From the IMG/VR virus record IMGVR_UViG_3300027759_000051: a stretch of DNA of 64,000 nucleotides, one strand, 5' to 3'. The notes below the pieces were generated by a model. That model worked only from the letters and a program-made list of their open reading frames with translations. It was not told where the DNA came from and did not search any database. This document shows, piece by piece, positions 36,887 through 47,389 of this stretch. How positions within the stretch are numbered: position 1 is the first letter of the stretch; each line of letters starts with the position of its first letter. The DNA comes from a virus. The position numbers were made by a program, and so were the translations under genes.

Positions 36887-39800
36887 ATGTCAGATTCGCA
36901 TGTAGAAGTAAAACTTGATGCTGATATAGCTGGCTTTATAGCCAACATGAAGCGCGCTGAGCGCGTAATGAAGAGCTTTAACCGCCAAGAGAATAAGATG
37001 CTTGCTGGTGGCGGTATGAATTCATACCTATCCCAGATGGACAAGAAGAATGTAAGCGTTAAGAAGTCTTTTGACTCACTTGACCAAGGCGTAAAAATGC
37101 TTGGAACCGGACTTACTAAGTTCCTCGGCGTTGCGTTAAAAGGGACAATACTGCAAATGGCCGCAATGGGTGCTGCAATGCTTGCAATTCACGCTTCATT
37201 TGTCGTCGGGCAGGGACTGGCTAAGCTCTATGCGGGAGCAATGAAACTTATTTCCGGTGGAGCCGCTGGTCTAGTAGTGATTCTTGGGACAGTTGCTGCA
37301 GCAATGCGTGAACAGCAGGCAGCAATGTTTTCATTCTCTGGAGGCGGAGCAAAGCAATTCGGATCTGGAACAAACCAAGCAAGAGTAGCAATGCGTGCCC
37401 TTGCCACTGATGCTGATCTTGCTGGTCTTGGAATGAAGAACATTAACAAGACATACGCCGCAATGGCCAAAAGCATGAACTCAACGCAGATTCTTGGTTC
37501 AAAGAACTCAATTAAGGCATTGTTTGACTTTGGAGCAGCTGGTCAAGATCCAGCAGCTGCAGCAGAAAAAATTGGTGTTGTTGTTGAAGCATTGAATAAC
37601 TCAAAGAAGAGTTTTGGAGATGTTCAAACAGCAGCAAAGGCTCTTGGTCCGCAAATGGAAAAAGCCATGAAGGATCTTGGAATAAAAAGCAAAAAACAAT
37701 TCCAAGAAGCATTGCTATCTGGAGAACTTGCCAAGAGTGGTGGAGTTTTTGGTCAGTTTGCTGAAGTAAACAATACCTTGATAGGGAGAGTTAAAACATT
37801 TTTTAATCTTGTAAAAGAAGAATTTGCTGATTTTGGTCAAAAGTTTTTGGAACCAGCAAAAGTAGCAATGCAGAAAGTATTTAGAATAATACAAACAAGC
37901 ATAATGAAACTTACTGGCGAACTTGATTCTTTTGGAACAGGTCAATTCTTTGATGGTCTAGTTAGTGTAGTTGAAAAAGTGTCAAACTTTTTTGTTAATG
38001 TTGTAAGAAAATACCTTCCAGACGCAAAAACAACAGTTTCTGGAATGAGTGGAAATTTTGAGAGAATGGCTAAAGGTTGGCAATTCATTGTTGACAAACT
38101 TCGTCCGTTTATTGAGGGTGCAAAGGTTCTAGAGCAAGTATTTGTTCCAATTTTTGAAGTAATAAAAGAACAAGGTGCAAAAAGTTTTGGAAAGTTTAAC
38201 GAAGAACTTGTAGCAAACTCAGCAGCATTTGCCGACATTGGAGAAAGATTTGCTGGATTGATAGAGGCTGCTTTTGAAGTTGGCAGAACTTTCAGAGCGA
38301 TGATAATAGACTCTTTGCCATTCCTGAGTGACGTTGTTGCTGGGTTAACAACTTTGCTAAATCAGTTAAATGGCGTAAAACAAATATTTGGAAATATGTT
38401 TGGATCAACTGGTGGTCTGATGGCATTCTCCGTTATGGCTAGACAGATGAAACAAACGCAGGGTGGGATTATGGGAACGGTTAAGGGGACAATGACCCTT
38501 ACTCCGCATACTGTTGTCATAAATGCTCCAGGCGCCCCACCAACAACGCTAACCGCAACCCCGGGTGGTGCTCCGAATAGATATGGAGGCGCAGGTACGG
38601 CCCCTGCTGGAACTGGTACTCCACCACCTGGTGGGCTAAGCTCCGGCAAGGCTCCAGTGTTTGCTCCACCCATTGCTTCACAGGCACAGCCAGCACCAAC
38701 AAAGCAGTTAATTGCTGGAAAATCAAGATCTAGTTCTTTACGTTTTTCTTTTGGTGGAAGACAGCAGTATCAACTTCCAGAAAATCAACTCTACAGCCAG
38801 ACAACCGGACGAACACTAAGGGGTGAAACCAGAGGAATGAAACTACGCGCCTTGCGCGGAACAGCTGGTGGTACAGCACTTCTTGGTAATAAACAACTTG
38901 GAATAAGTGGTGCCGCAAATGGCATGGGTGCAAAACTTGGCGTTGGCATGGGTCTTTCAATGCTCTCTCAACGTGCTCCAAAAGAGATGCAAGGCTCGCT
39001 CGCTCTTGGTGGAATGGTTGGAATGTACAACCCTATGGCTGGATTGGCTATAGCCGGTCTTGGTGGTGCTGCTAGCGCTAGGAACCCAGCTACCGGAGCG
39101 CTGGCTGGTGGTGTTGGTGGTGCTGCTGCTGGAGCAATGGTCGCAGGTCCAGTTGGAGCAGCAATAGGCGGCGCCCTCGGTGCTCTAGGTGGTGCACTTA
39201 TGGGTGCTGCAAATAAATTTAAAATGGAAGCAAAAGAAGCAAAAGAAGCAATAGATACATCAATTGAAAGACTCAATCTTGAAGCGATAAGGGACGTTGG
39301 CAATAGGCTGTATGCAAATATTCAGGCAGTTAAAGAAGGGCAACTAACTGGAAATTCACAAAGCGCAATGGGTGGTTTTAATAAACAGATAAATAGGCAG
39401 TCAAACACTGTCCTGAAAGCAGCAAGAGCCATTCAGGAAAATTATAAATTATTTACTGATGAAGAGATAAAGGCTGGAACTGGTGCTGGAAGTGCTTCTG
39501 ATGCAAGAACATTGATGAAACTTAAAGACAATCCAATTCTTGCACAAAAATTTAAAATGAGATATAAAATTGGCGATGAGAATATTGGTAACAAAACAAT
39601 AGGCGAGGTTGAAAATTTAGTAAAGACAAATGCTGGCCATGAGTATAAAACTCTTTTGAAAGATGTTGAAATAAATAATAATACAAATAAATATGGTGGT
39701 TATAAAATATCCAAAAATGAAAGTAAAAAAATAGACAAGAATGCAACAGTAGCTGCCGAAAATCTTATTAAATTAACAGCAGATCAATTTAAAGCAAGTG

Positions 39801-41308
39801 ATTTGTCAGAAAAGCAATCAAAGTTAAGAATTAGTAATCTTCAAGCGATGACTGGCAAAACAATCGCAGAAATTGAAGCGTTGGCTTACGAAACAGGAAC
39901 GCCACTTTATAGCGCAACAGTAAAATATAAAGACATTGTTGAACAACTTGGACTAACAACAGTAAAGACTGCAGCACAAATGAGGCAGTCTAATACCGAC
40001 ATTTTATTAACTGCTGGACAAATATTTAAAGACATAATAAGCCAAAAAGAAGGCGTTAGCATCACTAACGAAAAAGCAGAGGCAATGCGCGTTCAGCTTG
40101 CAAACGGAACAGCAGAATCAACAGATGTTATTAAATTTCTTGACGACATGCAGGCACCACTTCTTTCAAAATTTGGTGGTGATCCAATAAAAGTTGTTGA
40201 ATCAATGATGACCGGACTGGGAACAATTGCTGAACCAGGTAAGCAATTCCAAAAAGGTGGAGTTTTTGAAAATATAGATCCAAAACTATTCTTCACGCCA
40301 GAAGTTCAGAAAGCTCTTCCCGACTTTTACAAAGAAGCATTGAGTGGCTTAACAGATGGATCAGCAAGTCAGATAATGACAATTCTTGCTGATCAGAATA
40401 AAACCACAGATAAAAATTTACTGATGGATAAAATAAAAAATCTACCAATAGATCAGCAATTGGCATTTTTCCGTGGAGTTCAGGGCACTACAACATCTCT
40501 GGAGGATACAGCAAATGGGCCAGTTAGAAATATAGCAGTACCTGGGTTTGGTGGAATTTCGGGAGGAGAGGGTCAGGATACATCAACTGCATTCCTCAAG
40601 ATGCTTGGCCTTCCTTCAATGACTACTGGAACATTATTCAAAGATGGAACAGCAATTGATAATGTAGTAACCAACCTAGACACATACTCAGCAGAAGTGC
40701 AAGCATTAATAACAGCCAATGATGAAAAATTTGGAAAACTATTTGCTGGGATAAATGCTAGACCAGACTGGATGGGTCCAGATGCTCTTAAGAAAGTATT
40801 CATAGAGGCTGGAATCATAAAAAATGACACCAATACACCGCGTGGTCAAATGGTTGGCGACACGACATCGAGCAGATTGAGTCAGACAATGGCTCGTCAT
40901 TCCTCAATTGACGGAATGCTGACAGGAAAGAGATCAGTTACTTCCGCATACAGAACAACTGGTCTTGGATCAATAAATTCAGACCACGTTACAGGTAGGG
41001 CACTAGACCTAGTAGGTCCGAACCTCGGTCAATATAAAACGCTCACTGATCAGGCTGGTGGTTTTGCTGAGTTCCATGGACGCGGAGGAAGCAGACATCT
41101 GCATGTGGTTCCAGGACCTGGAGCAATGGGTGATACAACTGTTCCATCATTAACGCAGAGGCCAATGGCAATGACTCAATCTGGCGGTGGTGGTTCAACA
41201 AACTATTACACATTCCAGATAACGGGCGGTAATGCTTCTCCAGAAGAGATAGCAAACAGAGTTATGGCAAAGATAAAAGATAATGCAAGAGCCGAGATGG
41301 AGCGCTAA
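36887..41308 (+). CDS. Tape measure protein with C-terminal peptidase M15-like domain
   Basis: Long Ala/Gly helical protein; TSAYR, SDHVTGRALD, HLHV; one GGLSSGK motif. Confidence 0.88.
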   Translation: MSDSHVEVKLDADIAGFIANMKRAERVMKSFNRQENKMLAGGGMNSYLSQMDKKNVSVKKSFDSLDQGVKMLGTGLTKFLGVALKGTILQMAAMGAAMLAIHASFVVGQGLAKLYAGAMKLISGGAAGLVVILGTVAAAMREQQAAMFSFSGGGAKQFGSGTNQARVAMRALATDADLAGLGMKNINKTYAAMAKSMNSTQILGSKNSIKALFDFGAAGQDPAAAAEKIGVVVEALNNSKKSFGDVQTAAKALGPQMEKAMKDLGIKSKKQFQEALLSGELAKSGGVFGQFAEVNNTLIGRVKTFFNLVKEEFADFGQKFLEPAKVAMQKVFRIIQTSIMKLTGELDSFGTGQFFDGLVSVVEKVSNFFVNVVRKYLPDAKTTVSGMSGNFERMAKGWQFIVDKLRPFIEGAKVLEQVFVPIFEVIKEQGAKSFGKFNEELVANSAAFADIGERFAGLIEAAFEVGRTFRAMIIDSLPFLSDVVAGLTTLLNQLNGVKQIFGNMFGSTGGLMAFSVMARQMKQTQGGIMGTVKGTMTLTPHTVVINAPGAPPTTLTATPGGAPNRYGGAGTAPAGTGTPPPGGLSSGKAPVFAPPIASQAQPAPTKQLIAGKSRSSSLRFSFGGRQQYQLPENQLYSQTTGRTLRGETRGMKLRALRGTAGGTALLGNKQLGISGAANGMGAKLGVGMGLSMLSQRAPKEMQGSLALGGMVGMYNPMAGLAIAGLGGAASARNPATGALAGGVGGAAAGAMVAGPVGAAIGGALGALGGALMGAANKFKMEAKEAKEAIDTSIERLNLEAIRDVGNRLYANIQAVKEGQLTGNSQSAMGGFNKQINRQSNTVLKAARAIQENYKLFTDEEIKAGTGAGSASDARTLMKLKDNPILAQKFKMRYKIGDENIGNKTIGEVENLVKTNAGHEYKTLLKDVEINNNTNKYGGYKISKNESKKIDKNATVAAENLIKLTADQFKASDLSEKQSKLRISNLQAMTGKTIAEIEALAYETGTPLYSATVKYKDIVEQLGLTTVKTAAQMRQSNTDILLTAGQIFKDIISQKEGVSITNEKAEAMRVQLANGTAESTDVIKFLDDMQAPLLSKFGGDPIKVVESMMTGLGTIAEPGKQFQKGGVFENIDPKLFFTPEVQKALPDFYKEALSGLTDGSASQIMTILADQNKTTDKNLLMDKIKNLPIDQQLAFFRGVQGTTTSLEDTANGPVRNIAVPGFGGISGGEGQDTSTAFLKMLGLPSMTTGTLFKDGTAIDNVVTNLDTYSAEVQALITANDEKFGKLFAGINARPDWMGPDALKKVFIEAGIIKNDTNTPRGQMVGDTTSSRLSQTMARHSSIDGMLTGKRSVTSAYRTTGLGSINSDHVTGRALDLVGPNLGQYKTLTDQAGGFAEFHGRGGSRHLHVVPGPGAMGDTTVPSLTQRPMAMTQSGGGGSTNYYTFQITGGNASPEEIANRVMAKIKDNARAEMER

Positions 41309-42879
41309 TGCCTCATAACTACGCAAACAACAGGCTTCCCGATTACCTTGAAACCCCAAACTTAATCACCCCTCCTGGTACGTATTTTTTTAAAGAAGTC
41401 AGAAGACTTCAATCAACAGCAACGCAACCACTATCTCGGTATCCCGGATACCCAATATTCCATTTCTATAAGCAGATCAGAGAAGGTGGATCAACCGTAG
41501 AGCAGAGAGTTGATGACCTTGAGTTCTGGCAACCAGTATCTACTCTTCCTTACGTCCGTTACGATATAGATGACGAATATACAATATCAAATGCAAGAGA
41601 TATAGAAACTCCGTTAGCGTCGGATGGCAATACTGGAAGAAGACTCTGGACGGAAGATTGGTTGCCTTTTACGCATAGGTTTGCTGGTGGCAAAATTTTT
41701 ATTGCTACAAACAAATTTGCTGATATTTTTGGATCTAATCAAAAGAAAAATCCTTATGGATATAATTTAATACGTCTATGGGTTCTACACCCAGATTATA
41801 GTAATTTTTCTTTTATTGACGACGAGGGACAAAGAAGAATTTCTTACTTCTACTTACACCCTTCGTACAGTCAAACAGGAACAAATATTTTTTGGAATTT
41901 TTCTTTTTATGCGATACCCAAAAACTTAACATATTCACTATCCACACTAGAAGAAGTAAAAACTGCACAAGAGGATATTGTTTCTGAAAACTCAATATCA
42001 AATTATGTTGTTACGTCTGACTCGGTAAGAAGATCAGTTGTTGAAAGTATTGCAGAGTATGCATATAAATTTCTTGGAAAGACTCAAGAACAATCAGTAA
42101 AGTACGCAAACACGGTTGTTAAAAAACTCACGAATAACAACGGTGACGATATTATCCGTCGCCCATACGATAACGGACTTGCAAAGAAGACCGTAACGGT
42201 GACAAGAAGCACTTTTGGCGGAAGATCTGGGTACGTATCACCAGGGGTATCCGCAAATTCTAGTTCGCAGCCACAGATAGTTCAGCAGTATCGCGTTGAA
42301 GGAACCGGATCACCAGTTACAAATAGACACATATTTCAGTTTAAGCCAAACCAGGTAAGTTACTCGGGAATGGGTTCAGAGTGGACGGAAATACCAAGAA
42401 CTGGAAATGTTCCTTTAGTTGACTGGAAGAGCTACAAATTGCTCCAAGTAACTTTTCAATTTCTTGTTGCTCCTGATGATAATGGAAGCCTTGATGACAC
42501 AACGGATGGGAAAAAAATAACACTATCTATTGATGACAAGATAAGAACATTAAGGAAAATGGCAGTTACGCCTTATCCTGTTTATGTTCTAGGCTTTGAC
42601 GAGATACTTGCACAGCAGATGCGCTTTCCATTTAATGCTGGTCGTGGAGTTGAGTTTATAATTGCAGAATTTAACGTAACTTCACTAATGAGGACCGACT
42701 CTGGTGAAATAAATAGGGCACAGTGCGACATGACGCTAAGAGAAATACCTATTGACAGCGTGAAGCTTATTGACTTTCCAAAAATATCATTCCAAGGAAT
42801 TAAAGTTGAAAAAAAGAAGAAAAAAGGTGAAGAAGATACTGGTAATAACCTCTGGGACACTAACGACGTAAAACCATAA
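41308..42879 (+). CDS. Baseplate/tube-initiator protein with N-terminal extension
   Basis: C-terminal FKPNQVSYS...EIPRTG..PLV...RAQCDMTLRE; follows the tape measure. Confidence 0.55.
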   Translation: MPHNYANNRLPDYLETPNLITPPGTYFFKEVRRLQSTATQPLSRYPGYPIFHFYKQIREGGSTVEQRVDDLEFWQPVSTLPYVRYDIDDEYTISNARDIETPLASDGNTGRRLWTEDWLPFTHRFAGGKIFIATNKFADIFGSNQKKNPYGYNLIRLWVLHPDYSNFSFIDDEGQRRISYFYLHPSYSQTGTNIFWNFSFYAIPKNLTYSLSTLEEVKTAQEDIVSENSISNYVVTSDSVRRSVVESIAEYAYKFLGKTQEQSVKYANTVVKKLTNNNGDDIIRRPYDNGLAKKTVTVTRSTFGGRSGYVSPGVSANSSSQPQIVQQYRVEGTGSPVTNRHIFQFKPNQVSYSGMGSEWTEIPRTGNVPLVDWKSYKLLQVTFQFLVAPDDNGSLDDTTDGKKITLSIDDKIRTLRKMAVTPYPVYVLGFDEILAQQMRFPFNAGRGVEFIIAEFNVTSLMRTDSGEINRAQCDMTLREIPIDSVKLIDFPKISFQGIKVEKKKKKGEEDTGNNLWDTNDVKP

Positions 42880-42880
42880 T

Positions 42881-45238
42881 ATGGAAATTAAATCTTTTCA
42901 AGACAGAAATAAAGCCGGGAATATATCAATTGCTGATATAGGTTCTGCTTCTTTGACTGAAATTAATAAACTAGTTGTTTCTATCCGTATTAGCTACTCA
43001 ATGTCAATGGCCTCTGAACTCCAATTCACAGTTATTGATCCAGACTTTACGATGTTAGCCAAGAACTACTTCCTAATTGGAAGAAGTGTTATATACACAT
43101 CTCAAACGCTTGGGACGATTGACTCTTTTGAATATTCAAAGAAAAATCAAAGAAATGTATCAAACATTGATCAACTTTTTGAAATAGCAAGAATAGATAT
43201 TTCCGAAAGCCCTGGATCCTCTCCTCAAATCAGGATTACTTGCTATCCACAAGCCATACAGCAAATGAAAAGAGACAAGAAACCAAGCCAGATAACTGCG
43301 AGCGGAAGCAATTTTGTTGTTCAGGCAGCAAAAAAGTACGGACTCCAAAGCGCTGTGCAAAAAACTTCAAAAAAACAAACAATAAATAAGGCTTCTGGAA
43401 CAAAGCAGGCTGAGTCATTATGGGATGTTCTATCTCGTCTTGCTACTGACTCCAAGTTCGTCGTTTTTGAAGTAAATGGAACTCTTGTTTTTGCAGCTCA
43501 AGAATATATATTGAATAAATGGGGCACAAGTTCTGAAGAAGTTTTTGAATGGGATAAGAAAAAGAAACAAGCAGTACCTAAAATAAAAAAATACGTGCCG
43601 CTACGGTACCCAAGCGTTTCAAGATACGGAACAAACGGGGAAATAATTGCTCCAGACTTTGAAATACTAAGCTTACCAAACTTGGAGTTTTCAGATAACG
43701 ATCCATATGAAGGGCGTGGGTCTTTGAACCTCGCTAGAAGAAATGCAACGCAACTAAGACCTGGTATGACGATAGACATAACTGGAATCCCGCAGTTTGA
43801 GGGGAAGTACTTAATAGAAAGCGTTTCTTTTGATGACCTTTCGCCAGATCCAGTAAATATAACCTTCAGAAAGCCAGAAAAAGATCCAACGAAGATAAAA
43901 AATCTTAGAATTGGTGTAAGGACAAATCAAACTAATGAATTCCTTGGTAATGACAAGACTCAAACAGGCCCATATGGAAAGCTATCAAATAAAAGCAGAA
44001 AAATAATTCCAGATGCAGCTCGTTTACTTAACTTAACAACTGGGACTACCGAGATTGACCAAAAACTTCCTTCAAAAATATACCCTCTCCCATCCCCATT
44101 TAAGCAAACACTGTACCCAGTTGTCCCAAAAAATTTATCAGCATTTGTTATTGAGTATGGAAATACGGAACTATGGGGACGCCCAATATTTAAAGATGAG
44201 TCAGGAATATATCCACTTGACACAAGAATAGTAAGAGTTAATAGTACGGAAACAACAATATCACCAGCACCAACTATCTCTTTTAATTATTCTGGAAATA
44301 TTGACTTATTTACTAGACCGGGAGTTCAGAACGGAGATTCAGTATCTACTGTATACAGTTACGGTTTTTACGATAGTCAAATTAAAAAAGAAGTTTTAAT
44401 ACCTACGGTCATATGGCTCAACGGAGAAGGTGTGCTAGTCAGCAACGAAAAAGCAGTTGCGCACTATTACAAGTATGGCGAACATCTAGGAATATTTAAT
44501 ACTGCTGCTGAATCTACTGCCATGGCTCTCCTGATACACACACAACAGGAAGAATATTATGGTGGAACCATTGGTACGTATAACGCTGCCGTAGCTGCAT
44601 CTGGAAAATATATACTCCTTCCAGGCATCTACCTTGATGAATCATCACAGATAAAAAGACAGACTACGGATGAAGAAGCCTTTTCTCTTTATCAAGAAAA
44701 TGAAAAGCACCTTGGAAAGTTTAAAACACCAAGTCTTGCCAGCAATTATAAAGATTTTCTTGATATTCAGCAAATACAAATACTTAAAAATAGATTCCCA
44801 CCTCCGTTCATGGACTTCCCAGAGAGTTCCCTATATCCACTGCCAAGTGCAGGAGAACAACTTAACTACCCTTTCATGGGGAGTGGATTAATCACTGAAG
44901 GCAACATAAACCTATACACAGTTGCTACAAAGGAATTCCTCACAGCAGGAAAAACATACCTGCATTTACTTAATCCAGTAGTCAAGTATCCAGTAATCGA
45001 GGAGGGTGTAAATGGTGGAAATCCATTTGCCTTAGTCTTGTCAACAATATGGAACATAGATGGATTAAGCACCTCTTTGAATACAGAAAAGGCATATAGG
45101 AAATACCTCGCTGATGGACTTTTTCTAGCAAAATGTGAATCTGTATTTGATGCAAACATTTATAGAAGATTAATACTTCATCAGCAGTTGATTACGTTTA
45201 ATGAGCGTTTTCCGGGATTGGGCATAAATGTCACGTGA
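42881..45238 (+). CDS. Baseplate hub (gpD/gp27-like) with three C-terminal repeats
   Basis: ESLWDVLSRLA, LRPGMTIDITGI..FEGKYLIESV; repeated GN..L...A...Y....(H)LG.F module. Confidence 0.7.
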   Translation: MEIKSFQDRNKAGNISIADIGSASLTEINKLVVSIRISYSMSMASELQFTVIDPDFTMLAKNYFLIGRSVIYTSQTLGTIDSFEYSKKNQRNVSNIDQLFEIARIDISESPGSSPQIRITCYPQAIQQMKRDKKPSQITASGSNFVVQAAKKYGLQSAVQKTSKKQTINKASGTKQAESLWDVLSRLATDSKFVVFEVNGTLVFAAQEYILNKWGTSSEEVFEWDKKKKQAVPKIKKYVPLRYPSVSRYGTNGEIIAPDFEILSLPNLEFSDNDPYEGRGSLNLARRNATQLRPGMTIDITGIPQFEGKYLIESVSFDDLSPDPVNITFRKPEKDPTKIKNLRIGVRTNQTNEFLGNDKTQTGPYGKLSNKSRKIIPDAARLLNLTTGTTEIDQKLPSKIYPLPSPFKQTLYPVVPKNLSAFVIEYGNTELWGRPIFKDESGIYPLDTRIVRVNSTETTISPAPTISFNYSGNIDLFTRPGVQNGDSVSTVYSYGFYDSQIKKEVLIPTVIWLNGEGVLVSNEKAVAHYYKYGEHLGIFNTAAESTAMALLIHTQQEEYYGGTIGTYNAAVAASGKYILLPGIYLDESSQIKRQTTDEEAFSLYQENEKHLGKFKTPSLASNYKDFLDIQQIQILKNRFPPPFMDFPESSLYPLPSAGEQLNYPFMGSGLITEGNINLYTVATKEFLTAGKTYLHLLNPVVKYPVIEEGVNGGNPFALVLSTIWNIDGLSTSLNTEKAYRKYLADGLFLAKCESVFDANIYRRLILHQQLITFNERFPGLGINVT

Positions 45239-45554
45239 ACCACAGATAATCAGACGCGATAAACCGACAAGGAACCAAAGAGAATATGGTTCTTTTTATA
45301 ACGGGGTAGTTTCTTCCGTGAGGGACGATGGGCGAATTAGCGTAAAGATACAGGAACTAGGGGTGACTATTGGGCCGGTGATGCCTCTAAATACTGGCGA
45401 TAGTAACCATATGACAAAAGGAGACACTGTAATATGCACATTCTCCGACCAGTCAAGTTCGAGTCTTATCGTATTCGGCTCGGTGTCAAAGATAATTGAT
45501 CCATTTTCGGTAATTCGGGATGAAAAAATAAGACTATTAATGGAGGTGTGGTAA
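45228..45554 (+). CDS. Baseplate spike OB-fold protein (gpV-like)
   Basis: FYNGVVSSV..DGRISVKIQEL, KGDTVICTF. Confidence 0.65.
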   Translation: MSREPQIIRRDKPTRNQREYGSFYNGVVSSVRDDGRISVKIQELGVTIGPVMPLNTGDSNHMTKGDTVICTFSDQSSSSLIVFGSVSKIIDPFSVIRDEKIRLLMEVW

Positions 45555-45622
45555 TGGAGTTGTCATTTCCTAGTATTGTTATAAATAGCAAAAAAAATAC
45601 ATTCAGCAAAGTAGTTTCATAA

Positions 45623-45925
45623 ATGGACACAATAAAATTTCCAATAGAATTTGACTCTTCTGGTTTAAAGAAACTAGAAGATGGCGGAGCCGACTATTAC
45701 TCCCAGATGCTCACAATTGCCCTACTTACTGAACCACATACATTGCCATTTTCGCCAAAATTTGGTGTTTATTCTCCAGAGTTTTCAGAATTTGACAAGA
45801 ATCTGTTTGTTCTCAATGCTGCAAGGTTTGTTCCAGAAATTGAAATAACTTCGCTATTAACAAATTCTGAAGAAAATGGAACCGTAAAAACTACATTCTC
45901 ATTCGTGATTAAGGAACAACAATAA
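45623..45925 (+). CDS. Baseplate wedge protein (gp25/gpW-like)
   Basis: IKFPIEF, LLTEP...PKFG; size and position. Confidence 0.65.
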   Translation: MDTIKFPIEFDSSGLKKLEDGGADYYSQMLTIALLTEPHTLPFSPKFGVYSPEFSEFDKNLFVLNAARFVPEIEITSLLTNSEENGTVKTTFSFVIKEQQ

Positions 45926-47388
45926 TGCCTGCTGACTTCTCTGAATATATAGATCTCACTCCATTTGACGTTCAACCGGGAGAGATGTACTTAAACGCAA
46001 TCAACACTGCTCAACTTGCTCTTCCTGAATTCAACCTAAGGGTAGGTTCTCCAGAAGATGCCATATTCCAAGCCATGGCATATTTGAGTGCGGTTAACGT
46101 AGCCTCAATAAACCGCCTTCCAGCACGTCTCATGGCTGGAATACTTTCAATGATGGGTGTACAGAGATCAGAGGGGATCCCAGCCGAACTAAACTTAACC
46201 GTTACTGCCGACTCGTATGATGGAACAACCGTCCCACTTGGCACACTTTTTAGCTTTGAAGCAATATTTGAAGATGAAGTACAGGAATATGTATTTGAGT
46301 CTACGGAAGCAGTTTCAATACCGGCAGATGAATCACCAGGAGCTGGCGATCCATACCCAAGCGCCACTGTTCCAACGCAGTGCGTAAATTCTGGGTTCAT
46401 AGCAATAGTCAATGAGGGTACCGAATTAAACATTCTAAGTTCTGGTGTTTCAGTAATAAGCGCAATCGCTACCAATTCTTTCTCTAACGGAATTGATGCT
46501 GATTCGGACTCAGACTATCTAGCCAGATCAGTTTCTTTCCTTTCTTCTTTGACTCAAGCAAACTGTAAAGCTAACCAAGTTGAGTCATATATAGCCAGCA
46601 ATTACCCATCTATCGTAGGAAGGGTAAAGGCTTACGACCTGACATATGGGGACGAAAACTTAGGAAACATAAGTACTTATAGAATCGGCTACCCTTTAGC
46701 AAGTCAATCGTCTTCAATAGAATGCACATTAAGTTTTAGTTCACCTCACTCGTTTAATATTGGTGAAAAAATACATGTTGGTGGTATAAGTAATAGGTTC
46801 AACTCAGTTGGAACAAATCTTTATGAAATTACAGATTCTGACGAGTCAACCATAACTTATTTGCTTGGTGGTTCATCTACGGCTTCAACTGCTGTACCAA
46901 GCGGAGCATCAGTGACAGTTGGTGAAGATGTTCCTGGATATGTGACTGTATTTGTCTACGGGTATAACGAGTTTGTTTCATCTTCAGACAAGAACTTGAT
47001 TATTGCAGATGTTGCAAATAGATCTGTTGCTGGGCTAACTTTTGAAATACTTGATCCAGATATCTTATCTCTATATGTAGAGGCTGACGTTGTTGTGAAC
47101 TCAGCATATGACCAGACTCCGTTGCAGGAAGCAATAAATAATGCGGTAATTGACTATCTGAGTCCATTGAAGTTTTCCTACAATGAAGACAGGGTCAGAA
47201 AAAATCAACTGATAGCACTGATAAGTCAAATTCCTGGTGTTATCTATGTTGAGTCATTGCAGATTTCCCCAAATGGAAGCGGATGGCTTCCACAAAATGA
47301 TGAAGATCTTATTTTCCAGAATAAAGGTGCCCTGCCTTTAATTGATGACGAAGATATATCAATATCGTTTACAGCAATAGTGGTTTAA
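45925..47388 (+). CDS. Baseplate J-like protein
   Basis: GTTVPLGT, NGIDADSDSDYLAR, PGYVTVFV, ISQIPGVIYV. Confidence 0.8.
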   Translation: MPADFSEYIDLTPFDVQPGEMYLNAINTAQLALPEFNLRVGSPEDAIFQAMAYLSAVNVASINRLPARLMAGILSMMGVQRSEGIPAELNLTVTADSYDGTTVPLGTLFSFEAIFEDEVQEYVFESTEAVSIPADESPGAGDPYPSATVPTQCVNSGFIAIVNEGTELNILSSGVSVISAIATNSFSNGIDADSDSDYLARSVSFLSSLTQANCKANQVESYIASNYPSIVGRVKAYDLTYGDENLGNISTYRIGYPLASQSSSIECTLSFSSPHSFNIGEKIHVGGISNRFNSVGTNLYEITDSDESTITYLLGGSSTASTAVPSGASVTVGEDVPGYVTVFVYGYNEFVSSSDKNLIIADVANRSVAGLTFEILDPDILSLYVEADVVVNSAYDQTPLQEAINNAVIDYLSPLKFSYNEDRVRKNQLIALISQIPGVIYVESLQISPNGSGWLPQNDEDLIFQNKGALPLIDDEDISISFTAIVV

Positions 47389-47389
47389 C

